Shown piece by piece: positions 26,576 through 39,960 of a stretch of 64,000 nucleotides of DNA. Position numbers and translations under genes: made by a program. Numbering within the stretch: the first letter of the stretch is position 1; the number at the start of each line of letters is the position of its first letter. The notes below the pieces were generated by a model. It saw only the letters and a list, made by a program, of their open reading frames with translations, had not been told where the DNA came from and ran no database searches. This DNA is from Octopus bimaculoides. Taxonomy: Eukaryota. The stretch lies in contig NC_068999.1 of NCBI RefSeq assembly GCF_001194135.2, positions 13,489,146 to 13,553,145 of the forward strand. Direction: 5' to 3'.

Positions 26576-29439
26576 ACTGCACCAAATGTTGAGGAAGGTA
26601 TTGATGTATTCTTGATTTTTTTCCTGTATAAATTACTGCTATCGTTACTATATATATGCATATTCCATGTTAATAAGCTTACATGAGATCACTACACATA
26701 CGCGCAAATATACAAGTGTTGTATGCGTCGGTTTGAAGGTGTGGTTGTGTGCGGTGTGTATTGCGTGTGTGTGTGAATGTCCGCACGTGACTCTGTGTGT
26801 ATGTGCATATATGCTTTTAATCCTATATAAACCGTATTTCATATCACACACATAATCAAAACTTCACTTGGTGACCATTTATCTTTGAAGTTATTAACGT
26901 GAACAGCATCCATTGAATAACTATTTTGTCCCATTTTCCCATATTAACTTTAGTGCTTACGCTTGGGGTTATAGATAAAGGAATCTCATTTATAGCCTAC
27001 AGTGGCTCATCTGCATTCAAATTTCAAGGATTTCTTCAAATTCAGATTTTATTATTTTGATTGAGCAAGAGATGAATTACAAAGTGTTTGCGTGCATATT
27101 ATCTAGAGTACTCTTGATTTCGTGATATATCTTAATGAATGTGACAATAGTCATTAAAATGTTGGGTCGCAGAGTATTTCTTTTTTCTTTTTTTTTCTTT
27201 TGTACCTGTATTTACTATGAAGTTCAAGCATGGGTTCAACACCTTGTCTACATTGAAATAAAATCATTGATCCTGTAACATCCCCCAGCCTGAAGAAATG
27301 ATAAATCAAGGAATCAAAACAACAACTGTTTCATGATACTTAAATAAATTATGCTTTCTATATTAAACCATACAGATTATGAGTCCGTGGTTTCTCGAGT
27401 GTGATTCTTGCAGTGGAAATTATGTTATAGCAACATAAATTGTCTGAAAATGACAACAATAATAGACAAAGTGGGCCAGTAAGTCTCTTAAACATTTGTG
27501 ACCGTTTTTCTATTCAGATATTTTCTCTTCGGCGCCTGAGCAAAAAAAAACGAGAACATTTGAAGTGGCAGAAGCAGCAGCAGCAGCAGCAGTAGCAGCA
27601 ATATTACATACATACATACATACATACATACATGCTACTACTACTAGCACTACTACTATTACGACTGAAACAAAACGACGCTTCTACATATACGATCAAC
27701 TGAAAGAAAGATAATCCGAGTGACTAGATAACCAAATATAATGCGGACATATTTGCATTTCTCTGAATCATATTACACGACATATTTCCATCACCTCTTC
27801 CTGAAAACAACTTTGGAAAGGTGTAACTACAATCTAAGGAGACGCTGTAGTATATCTTTCTCTTCTTATTTTGCTGCTTAATTTCATTCTCAGAGCAGAT
27901 GTTGTCAAGCGGTTTCAGTAGGAAATTGGTTCTGCCCCTGCTTAGCTTGAGGTACATTGTGTATTACTCCATATTTGTATAAAGAGCAAAATAATATTTA
28001 AAGGAAATTTGGTTTTGACTTTAGGAATTGCACTTGTTGCATAGACACTCATAGATTTTTCAGTGCTGCATTACCTGTTACTTGTATTTATATTTGTAAA
28101 TCATTTTATGCATGACGTGTCAACTTTGAAGAAATAAATGTTCTAACAGTTAATTGTAATACTTTTTCCCCTCTATGACTGGAATATCCTATATGTTAGT
28201 GGTGTTTCTATTTAGTTCTCTATCAGCTCTGATTCAATGAAGCTATACGCGAAGTATTCCATTTGCGTCTATTCCAGTACTTGGTAATCATCTCCTAACA
28301 GCTGCTATATTTTCCCAAGTCGACTATGTGAGGATTCAGAATTTAGAAAAATCTACCTGTTGTCTCAAGCAGATAATCAATCTATGATACGTGCCTCTTA
28401 TCTGACTCGGTAAGAGGCAACCAGTTGTGATGTATATATATATATATNNNNNNNNNNNNNNNNNNNNNNNNNNNNNNNNNNNNNNNNNNNNNNNNNNNNN
28501 NNNNNNNNNNNNNNNNNNNNNNNNNNNNNNNNNNNNNNNNNNNNNNNNNNNNNNNNNNNNNNNNNNNNNNNNNNNNNNNNNNNNNNNNNNNNNNNNNNNN
28601 NNNNNNNNNNNNNNNNNNNNNNNNNNNNNNNNNNNNNNNNNNNNNNNNNNNNNNNNNNNNNNNNNNNNNNNNNNNNNNNNNNNNNNNNNNNNNNNNNNNN
28701 NNNNNNNNNNNNNNNNNNNNNNNNNNNNNNNNNNNNNNNNNNNNNNNNNNNNNNNNNNNNNNNNNNNNNNNNNNNNATATATAGGGCACAGAGACATACT
28801 CATGCGTACACTCACAGACATATATATTTAGCTATGGATTTTACTTATATATGTATATATAAAAATGATTCAAGTGAACCAGACACTTCAGCGGTAAGAC
28901 TCGTAGATTCATGAAGCTGCATATGTCGTTGATTTTTCGATGTTGTGGTGCTGTATTTATCCGACGTAAACTTTTTTTTTAATGATGTGATGTGTCCATT
29001 GATATTTCTTTGGAAACAGTTGTGATAATCCATCGGTTGTTATATATTTATATTTATGTATATATATATATATATATATATATTTCTATGTATATGTAGG
29101 TATATGTATAAAAATGTACTTCGAACAAAATCTATACGGCGTAGTTTTTTTTGAAATAGGTAGAATTCCGTGCAATCATAAACGTAATGGAAGACAAATT
29201 TCACTATCATTTTTTAATGATCTATACTATCAATGCGGTACATTTACTTCAAGCACATAGACTTTCGTTCAAATAAAATTTAGAAAATGGAATAATAAGT
29301 CGGTGTAATATTTCGTTTCACACGTATGTTCCTACACCAATATTTGATACAAACGTAGTAGTTCTCAGAATATAACACGTACACAGTTTCTGAAGACATA
29401 CATTGTTAAAAGATATGAAACTATGAGATCCATACTTTA

Positions 29440-29560
29440 GAAATGAAATTTGAGTTCATTACACAAGTTTGAATATCTCAGCAAAGACATAATTTCTGAG
29501 AATGGGGTTCATATCATGAAATTGAGCGATGAGGAGACAATTGGAAAGAGTATACTGAAT
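29440..29560 (+). mobile_element. Possible RTE/L2 LINE remnant
   Basis: KFEYLSKDIISENG...EETIGKS resembles FxYLGSxISxxG...RIGKA. Confidence 0.25.
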
Positions 29561-29857
29561 ATTTTATACTACTTTATTAAAATACATTATCAAACTACAT
29601 CAGATATGATGTTCATAATGAAATTAGAGATGTCTTTAATTCATTCGTACGCATTCCAACAAAGCCACCACACGCAAAATGGTAGCAAAAATGTGCACAT
29701 AAATATCAAAACGTTATTTGAACACAAACGAAATATACACACAAACATATAAGCACGCACGCGTATATGTATTTATTCATGAGTGCGGGCGGTTGTGTGA
29801 GTGTGTATGTTTATATGCATACGCACAAACACACTGACACATATATTCATAAGTGTG

Positions 29858-29893
<36 letters not shown>

Positions 29894-29972
29894 TTCTGCG
29901 TGTGTGTGTATTCATATTACAATTACAAATATGCAGATACACACACACATATTCTCTCGTGGTCTCCCGTAA

Positions 29973-30010
<38 letters not shown>

Positions 30011-31019
30011 AATCTATCTATGTAGCAACAGATAGAAAGGGTGACAGAAATAGCATTACAGAAGTTAAGAGAGAGAAAAGAAGGGAGTCAGGTATTATGA
30101 TTCCTAACTAAATTTTAATGGTATATATTATTAATTACATAGGGATAATTACTTGCACTAGACGTACACTTTGTAAACAGCATAGATATTACGGTGTGTT
30201 ACTCACTAGATATAGAAGTAATCGACTCGCACATACGCAATGGATTCAATTTAGATTGAATTTATTATTTCTACATGTGTCAAGATATTGATTTCTGTGT
30301 ACTTGCTCTGACGTAGGTGTTGTGAATGAAGAGCAATATTTACATCATAAATGTTGATGTTGTTTATACTTATAATGCTGATAAGAATCTCCATTTATAC
30401 CTTGACATATTCACACACATGGGCATTGATATGTATATAAAACAAACACTAATCACGTGAGCCAATTGCATATACATCTGTACATCTGTATGTATGTTTT
30501 TGTATGTGTGGTTGTTTAGTAATTCCATAAGCAAGTGATTACGTACAACAGGTATATATATATATATATANNNNNNNNNNNNNNNNNNNNNNNNNNNNNN
30601 NNNNNNNNNNNNNNNNNNNNNNNNNNNNNNNNNNNNNNNNNNNNNNNNNNNNNNNNNNNNNNNNNNNNNNNNNNNNNNNNNNNNNNNNNNNNNNNNNNNN
30701 NNNNNNNNNNNNNNNNNNNNNNNNNNNNNNNNNNNNNNNNNNNNNNNNNNNNNNNNNNNNNNNNNNNNNNNNNNNNNNNNNNNNNNNNNNNNNNNNNNNN
30801 NNNNNNNNNNNNNNNNNNNNNNNNNNNNNNNNNNNNNNNNNNNNNNNNNNNNNNNNNNNNNNNNNNNNNNNNNNNNNNNNNNNNNNNNNNNNNNNNNNNN
30901 NNNNNNNNNNNNNNNNNNNNNNNNNNNNNNNNNNNNNNNNNNNNNNNNNNNNNNNNNNNNNNNNNNNNNNNNNNNNNNNNNNNCTATGAAATTATTCCAT
31001 ATTCATAGATAAGTGAATG

Positions 31020-32450
31020 TTGGAGTATATCCAGTATAGCAGACAGCATATGAGAGTTAATTAGCCTCAGCATGAAGAAATGGAAAATAGATCTCTACTA
31101 AGGTGACACTGGCTTATGCAAATTAATGTCAAGAGAGGAATTTTTCCAAGGAGTCTTTAATATTTGTCTTCTGTCGAATCCCTCTCAGTATGGTATTCAG
31201 AAAAAGCAAAGGCAGGTTATCAGTTCAGACATAGTAAAGCAAAAAATAAGCAGTTGTTCTAATGAATGATCTTTAGCGTTTTAGGAACAATAACAGATTC
31301 CTTAATGCAAACTGTAAGACTCTGTATCAAAGATACAGCCATAAAATTGGGCATAGATTAGTGTGCAAAAGACATGGAAAACGAACAGGTAGTCAACAGT
31401 GAAGTTATCCAATTACCAGATGGTCAGACGTTATAATCACAAAGGAAGGAGAGTATTAGAATCTGACAAAGTATTAAATGTACAAATAATAACGAAAATT
31501 GAGAAGGGTGAGGAATCTAATGAAGTCAAATCTAAATGTTCCGAATGTAGTTGTAAGTACTTAAGCAGTGTCGTTACTACATACTCAGCAGCTTTGCTAG
31601 ACTGGACAAAATCTGAATTACCAAATCTAGACAGAAGAATTAGGAAGGCATTCTTTATGAATGGACGATGTCACATAAGAGCCGGAGTAGCATGGTTTTA
31701 CTTACAAAGGAAGGTGGATGAGAGTCAATATCAGTGGAAAACTGCGTGGATTAAGCCACAGTAGTTATATCCTCCTATGCAGCTAAAAATGTTTATTAGG
31801 AGCTGAGTACTACATAAGTGAACAAAAATGCCAAAACAGTGTTTAAAACAGGAAAAAAACAAACCCAGATATTAAATGGGTAGCAAAGTAAGACTCTGCA
31901 TAGAAGATTCCATCAGATAATTTCAGGAAATGGTAGTAGTGTGACATGGTTATAGTTAGGGTTGCAGAAAAGGGAGGCCGGAAAGGGAGATAGAAAATGT
32001 GTTAGTAGGAGTACAACAGTATGCAAGGAGAAGAAACTGGGTAATACTCTAGATATACAAATACCAGGCAGATTCCCAATGTGTAAATCAAAAGAGAAAA
32101 GTATGTATCATATAGTAAATGAAATCATCATGCTGGCAGAGGAAAAGAGGAGACAATTCTTGCTAATCTAGGGAGAAGATTTCACTAAGAATTATCTTGA
32201 AAGCCAAGATTTAACCATACTGGTAAATGGTATGAACATGAATCTAGTAATCTACTTGAAAGTAAGATCCTGTTAGATTTCAGCATTCAGGCGACAAATT
32301 CATAGATGCCACAAGGCCTGATTTAGTAGTAGAATACACAGAGAGAGGAAAAATGTCTACTAATTGACTTTACAGCCCCTAATTATGAGTGAGTGACTAT
32401 GAGAAAGTGAATAATGTTTCTTACCATATCCCAAAATTATGGATTACTGG
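31020..32450 (+). mobile_element. R4-clade non-LTR retrotransposon fragment (RT C-half, decayed zinc knuckle, restriction-like endonuclease)
   Basis: INVKRGIFQG (near 31125), LFxMNDL, LESDKVLN, YSAALLDWTKSELPNLDRRIRK, MCKSKEKSMYHIVNE, DFSIQxDKFIDATRPDLVV (32276-32335); frameshifted. Confidence 0.9.
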
Positions 32451-32929
32451 GAAATGTAACCAAACTTTTTAAATTAGTGTTATTCATCATTTATCATTCT
32501 GCTAAATTTCAAGATTCTATTATTTTATCAATTAAAGTCTCTAAAAAAGCTACTTTCGAAAAAACATAGATTCTCGTATTAATGCTGAATAGTTTAAGTG
32601 ATACAACCGAGGAATGATTTTTGTAACGAGTCAACTTGCTATTGTGTCGGACAAAATCCTTTGGATATTTCTACTGCTGAATATTTTTCGTTATTTTTAA
32701 ATAGCACCTCGCACTTTTTGAAATTGGTCCCTTCTTTATATAAAGTTGCTAATTGGTCTCTCATTTATTCGCAGTCACCTACTGCAGTCGATTTCTTCAA
32801 CGTATACAATTCTAGTTCATAGTCGGTCATTGTAACTCTAATGAAAATAGTTCGTGTGAAACTGATTTCAACGTTTGTGTTGAAATATCCAGGAAATTTT
32901 ACTAATAACACTGACCAGTGATACAATAG

Positions 32930-32962
<33 letters not shown>

Positions 32963-33502
32963 NNNNNNNNNNNNNNNNNNNNNNNNNNNNNNNNNNNNNN
33001 NNNNNNNNNNNNNNNNNNNNNNNNNNNNNNNNNNNNNNNNNNNNNNNNNNNNNNNNNNNNNNNNNNNNNNNNNNNNNNNNNNNNNNNNNNNNNNNNNNNN
33101 NNNNNNNNNNNNNNNNNNNNNNNNNNNNNNNNNNNNNNNNNNNNNNNNNNNNNNNNNNNNNNNNNNNNNNNNNNNNNNNNNNNNNNNNNNNNNNNNNNNN
33201 NNNNNNNNNNNNNNNNNNNNNNNNNNNNNNNNNNNNNNNNNNNNNNNNNNNNNNNNNNNNNNNNNNNNNNNNNNNNNNNNNNNNNNNNNNNNNNNNNNNN
33301 NNNNNNNNNNNNNNNNNNNNNNNNNNNNNNNNNNNNNNNNNNNNNNNNNNNNNNNNNNNNNNNNNNNNNNNNNNNNNNNNNNNNNNNNNNNNNNNNNNNN
33401 NNNNNNNNNNNCATCGATGAAAATCCACTATCACATATAGAAAAATTAATAATTAAAAGCACAATAAATGAGTATAATATAAAGTAAAGTAAATATCATA
33501 AG

Positions 33503-33544
<42 letters not shown>

Positions 33545-33574
33545 CCAGTTATTAATATTTCTAAGTCTCTCTAA

Positions 33575-33808
33575 AGGAGACTACGGCAGCGGTACTGGAA
33601 ATTAATAGTTATCGCCAAGCCAACATGGCAGTCCCACAATTAGGACGAAAGCTGCCGTGAATTAGCTCCAAGAAGCCATCGCCTCTAGCTAGCTATGTGA
33701 CATACGAAACCTGTGTCCTTTATAACCCTCGAACAGGGGAGGTCAGCAGTGTCCCCCTGCCGGCTTGGCATCTGCAGACTACTGTCAGGGTGTTGCCCCT
33801 TGTCAACA
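33575..33808 (-). mobile_element. Diverged single-arm relative of the 37.2 kb hammerhead element
   Basis: atggcagtccc...tctagctagctatgtgacat...tgtgtcctt...gaacagggga...gcatctgcagactactgtcag aligns with 37240-37406 including the ribozyme position. Confidence 0.6.
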
Positions 33809-34617
33809 ATTATATATATATATAATTAAACTGAACATCAAACGGTGTTCAGTTTTGCTGTTTCTTACTCTGCACCTACTAAGTGACAAAGGTATCTATA
33901 GGAAACATCAATGACCTTAATTCTTTTCTTTTCCATTAAATTTCAAGAAACTTATCCAAGTCTAAAATGAAGCATACTTTGTTGATATATTTTGACTCAT
34001 TATATGTAGAAAAAAAGCATCTAATATGTCTTCCAAACTTTCTTTCTCGATAATCACTGATCGAGCTGTGTTACTAATAAGATGTTAACTTTAGGGTCCA
34101 TCGTTTTATTTTCATTGTAAGGTAGACACATAATACATAGACAGATGTGAAATTTCCCAGCCTGTTTCTAATCAGTTTTCCTTAATTACAAAATTGCTAG
34201 TACGACATCGCCCACGGGACATGCGTAGAACCAATCAATATTGTTGATATAACCTGAATGATTTCCACACGTAGAAGTTGAAATAGGCAAGTGGGAGGTA
34301 CAATAAGAAAAAGTTAAGGCATAATTAATGTTTGATCAATTCAAATTATACGAAATAATTAAATGAAAACGAAATGTCTGATTATTCCAAATGCGATAGA
34401 GTTGTATTTTTAGTAGTCAATACTATCCATTTGTAATCACAAGTGACTATTGTCAAATGATACGGACATAGTAATATTTGTCAATGAATCAATATGCTCA
34501 TAAGAGTGAATCGAAGAAATGGACATCATACATGATTGTATATGTGTCTGTGTATGTGTGCGTCTGGACATGCATGTATGTATATTTAGTTTGTGTACCT
34601 GAGAAAATATATGTACC

Positions 34618-34782
34618 TCTATCTATCTATCTATCTATATATCTATCTATCTATCTATCTATCTATATATCTATCTATCTATCTATCTATCTAACTATCT
34701 ATATATCTATCTATCTATCTATCTATCTATTTATCTATCTATTTATCTATCTATTTATCTATCTATCTATTTATCTATCTAT
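34618..34782. repeat. (TATC)n tetranucleotide microsatellite
   Basis: Directly visible. Confidence 0.95.
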
Positions 34783-36280
34783 CCATCGAGCTAGACATAT
34801 ATATATATATATGTATGNNNNNNNNNNNNNNNNNNNNNNNNNNNNNNNNNNNNNNNNNNNNNNNNNNNNNNNNNNNNNNNNNNNNNNNNNNNNNNNNNNN
34901 NNNNNNNNNNNNNNNNNNNNNNNNTATATATATATATTTATATATATATATATATATATATAAATGTATATATATATATATGTGTGTGTATTTAATTATA
35001 TATACGTCCACATGCATAGTTATATACAGGTTTACAAAACATGCATGCACCCATGGGAAGATTACAAGGTGCATACGCAAGTGCAAGGACATCACTTCTG
35101 CTCTAATACTTGCATACGTATAAGCGCACATATAGCATTTGCTGAGGTGAGTCACATGCATGGGACAACGTTATACAACTGTCATTAGACAATCGTTTTT
35201 TTTAATATATATTTCTTTCCAAAATTACAATAAATTAAGGTTACATCCTTCAAAGGAATGAACGAACCATAGACAATTAGAATGAATGTAGAAGGAATGC
35301 ATCATTAGCTAAATTTGATCAGCAAGGCGTTCTAACTATGGCGACAGTGAAAGAACTGTTAGTAATGAGCAGCTGATTAAATGCCTGCATTTTGAATTAG
35401 TTCTAGGACGACATTCTGGTAATTGTAAATTTGGCGCCGTAGATTCCTATGAACGTCGACAAAATTCTGTTGTCATGTATAAAACTGCAATATTGCCAAT
35501 AAATTTGATTTAAGTTGGAAGTTTGTTCAAACATGCGATGGAAGCACAATGGAAGTACTTACCGCTTTATACGCCCCATTGTATCTTATACGTCACTCTA
35601 TGTTGTTTAACTCCGTGAAAATAGTTAGGAAAATCGATTTAATTTTTTTTTTTTTTAATCTTTTTCATTGCACATAAACAAGGAAAAAAAATGTAGATGT
35701 AATAAAACAAAAAACAATGCCGCTTTTATTTTTGAAGATTAACTCTTTGAAATCAAAATTGTTTCTTTTTTTTTTCAGATACTTTCAGCACTCTCATTTG
35801 GGTAGTGTCATGTATTTCCGACACAATTTCATCATGTCTATTCTCTAAACTGTAACCATTCTGTTATTAATTACGTTTGTGATATAGTTACTAAATAAAA
35901 GCAGAATATATCTGTTTGTTCATTTCATTAACTACAATTCCAATACAAGCTGAACAACTCATTGAATCAGACAAATATAAACCCACACAGTGTTACACAA
36001 ACAGAATCCATACGCCGTAAACACACACACACACACACACACAGACACATTCACAAAAAGCCTCACGCACACATAAACACAGACACATGCAAAGACACAC
36101 ACAACCATACACACAGACATGCAAATACGCAGACACAAGCATATACAAATACACAGAGACATGCAAATACACAGAGACACAACTACATAAATGCACGTTT
36201 ATATATGGGATATAAACGTATTTGTATATACATAAATACAGGTATACATAGATACACGCACATACGCACACATATGTTGC

Positions 36281-36322
<42 letters not shown>

Positions 36323-36595
36323 CAGAGAGAGACTGAGAGAAAGAGAGAGAGAGGCATACATAATATGGTATAAACACGTTTGTGTGTGAGTGTACGTACA
36401 AGCGTCTTCACGTTTGAGTATGGGAAACAGAAAGATGAATGAGACATAGTGAACCTATGCTATGCTTATAGATATGTTGGTATATAACATAGATATTATG
36501 CATAGTGGAAAATTTACCCTACGTACTTTTTCCTACATTATTTACATTCTCTACATTATTTACGTATGGCAGATGTTTGTCCTCATCTTGTTGTT

Positions 36596-36970
<375 letters not shown>

Positions 36971-37239
36971 AAATACGTGTTAAATCGCTCTATTTTATGA
37001 ACAAGAATATTTAAATAAATATGCTAATATTTGAAAACTGACTTTCGAAATACAATTAGACAATGAAATAGTATTTTATCAATGGTTTGCTCACTTAGCA
37101 GCGTTGCAATACCAAAAATTTCTGGCAATACATTGCATTGCGATTATCTGGTAATCATTTTACGTTCTGATATCCAATAAGGATATGTATATATATATAT
37201 ATATATATATATGAAGTGACGGTTAATTGTCAACTTAAT

Positions 37240-37707
37240 GTGGCAGTCCCAGTAGAGGGAAAGTGCTACTGCTGTTTAGCCGTTTCCAGTTGGCTGTGTG
37301 ACACAACCGCACTGTGTCCTTATGATTTCAAATAGGGGAGATAATCACCTCTACCCAGCAAAGCCAGCATCCATAGACTAGTTTCAGATTCATTGCTCTT
37401 CATCAGTCTGGAGTAGCTTGATTTGCTATCTGTCAATGCTTATTCACCTTTGAAAAGCATATAGATTAAACGTGAAATAAATTCACTGATCTACAAATGA
37501 CAAAAAATGTATTTCGAAATCTGTCAGAGAGATTTATACAGTAGTAGTACGATAAAGTGATCGATGCTGGCGTTTCTGGGTAGAGGGGCTTATCTCCCCT
37601 GTTTGAAATCATAAGGACCCATTAAACAAGTGTCACGTAGCCAACTAGAAACGGCGTTTCCTGAGGAACAATAGCAGTAGCATTCTTCCCTTTACTGGGA
37701 CTGCCAT
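37240..37707. mobile_element. Foldback element with about 135-145 bp inverted arms and a hammerhead-bearing spacer
   Basis: 37240-37371 is the reverse complement of 37563-37707 with scattered mismatches and one roughly 10-nt indel. Confidence 0.85.
37370..37412 (-). ncRNA. Minimal type I hammerhead ribozyme motif (Penelope-like)
   Basis: UCCAGA-CUGAUGA-AGA gcaaugaa UCU-GAA-ACUAGU-C-UAUGGA: intact core, palindromic helix III, GUC cleavage triplet, stem I 5 of 6 pairs. Confidence 0.75.
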
Positions 37708-37808
37708 ACTAAACAACAAACCATCCCTTGATCCTGCTGCTATTGTATAAATCTCTCTGAGAGTTTTAGAAATGTAATATTTCTAATTTTATATTTATAT
37801 ATATATGT

Positions 37809-37851
<43 letters not shown>

Positions 37852-38770
37852 CGTGTATGTGTGTGTGTGTGTGTGTTCCAGAGTAGATATATTATTTCAC
37901 ATTTTAAGTTCTTACCAAAAATTTGGAATAATAACCATGAAGTAAAACTTCTACTTTATTGTAAGAATATATATTATACATACAGAGCTGGACTTTCTAC
38001 GGCGAGCATGCTCTTGCTTACCCCCAAACTTAGTTTCTCGAAATGAGTGGTCCCGTGACGAAGCACTCTACAACGCTTTTAAAATATGGGAGAACATTAC
38101 CTCAGGAAGGCAGAGACACTATTCACTGAGACCCTTTCGGCGCCCCTCTCGCTACGTATAATATACATATGTGTGGTGTTATATAAGACGCAAGTTTCTG
38201 GCGGTACGAAGACAGCAAACTTCATGCAACTTTCAGAAACACAAAGAGTTTATCAAGTATAGAAGATTGTGGTATTTTCCCATTTCGAAGCACGATATGC
38301 TGAAAAAATTGCTTTCTTTTAGTTCACTGTTTGCAAATAGGGCTGCTATGAATACGAATAAAAATTAATACTGCGGGAGTGGAGCAGGTAAAATCAAGGC
38401 TACGTATATTTCTTAGAAATATATCTTAGAATTAATAATTACTGAACGGCGTGTAATCCACAAGATACTCACCAGAACTAAGATGCCTTAGTTATATGAA
38501 GGGTACATGGCCATTAAGTTAAGTGATCTGGAGATCTACTTAAAAACGAGTAGTGAACTGGTGGAAAGGTGTGATATAGAAAAATAGATAGATATATACA
38601 GAAACACAAATACACAAATACACATATGCACACATTAGACTTTAACTACCGTAATATATATATATTAAGGCGTTTATATGCATATACAAAACGTTCGCCG
38701 CGGAAGGAATTAAGCTATACATATACATATATATGTAAATACACAGTCGCCACACATAACCGAATATTTA

Positions 38771-39606
38771 TATAGCGTTTGCGATGAGTAAATTGTTGGC
38801 ATTTAATATATTTTTTTGGTATTACGCATTGTTCGTTTTAGATTTTGTCGACTCCACAGTCCAATAGCGACATTTGGACATCGTGTGTGAAAAAATAACA
38901 CCATGACGCAATTCACTCCAAGAGAAAACCGGAAACGGCATGCCGTGCTGCATCACGCATACGTCGGCAGCTCAAATACGAATATTTCAGAGTGTTTGTG
39001 CGTCACTATGTAGGCATATACCTAGAGTGATGAGAATCTAGTTAAATTCATGGTGTTTGAAGTGTTCACAAGTGATGGCGATGTTATGCCTCCATTCATC
39101 TTCCCTTACAGCCATAGACTCAACATGGAGCCCAACATCATGTGCCTGAAGGAGAGAGTGCTGCCCTTGGTCAAGAGGCAGACTGCTAGATGACTAGCTG
39201 GAAGATCCTAGTCATGGCTTTCAGACAATTTCTGCTACCAAATCACACATCTGGTGATCTAACTCATCAGACTGTAAACCCTTTGACAATTATTTGAGGG
39301 ACGCACTTGAGCGAGAGACCAACACTAATCCTTGTAACACCAATGATAAACTGAATGCCAGGATTACGGAAGCATTCACCATCTTAAACGAGGAGACCGT
39401 CCAGGAGAGTTGTAGAAGATTCAGAAGTCGTCAGGAAGCAGTGGTTGAAGCCAATGGCTATGTTATTGAATCAATCAACTCTTCAGTATTTCAAAATAAT
39501 TTCATTTAATTCTGGTAAATATATCTGTTAAAATGAGATGTCAGAATTATATTCTGTTTTTCTTTGTTTTTGCTTAATTTAGACGACAGTTTATTCACCA
39601 CCTGTG
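38771..39606 (+). mobile_element. Internally deleted Tc1/mariner (DD37D maT-like) DNA transposon
   Basis: ATG at 38903 (MTQFTPRENRKRHAVL...), catalytic part MVFEVFTSDGDVMPPFIFP...NSSDCKPFDNY...ERETNTNPCNT...CRRFRSRQEAVVEANG; right end ttaatttagacgacagtttattcaccacctgt has a degenerate inverted counterpart at 38771-38805. Confidence 0.85.
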
Positions 39607-39868
39607 ACATCACCTCTGAGAATAGACTAGCCAAAATCATATAAGTAGCAGCGCTTTTGACTGAGAGTGAGAAATGTGAAATCAATGAAAGTGGAAGGGT
39701 GTCGCTTTTAAAATGGTACCGTCACAGGAAATTGTCTAGAAGTTGTTATAGTTCATTCAGTATTGTTTTAGATTAGTTACAGTTGTTGGCAGAGTAATTA
39801 GGAATGCATGAACTGGAGACAGTCCCGCCTGTTCTGTATCAGTGCAGAGCACTAAGCTGACACACGTA

Positions 39869-39960
39869 GTAATAATAATAATACTACTAATCATAATAAT
39901 AATAATAATAATAATAATAGTAATAATAATAATAATAATAGTAATAATAATAATAATAAT
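39869..39960. repeat. (AAT)n microsatellite
   Basis: Directly visible. Confidence 0.95.

Noticed and set aside
33625-33658. gtcc...ggacgaaa resembling hammerhead stem II on the plus strand
   Set aside because: Not preceded by a core; it is part of a ggcag/ctgcc hairpin in the repeat arm.
39262-39272. tcatcag (CUGAUGA on minus) inside the mariner
   Set aside because: It is transposase coding sequence (NSSDC) with no ribozyme fold.
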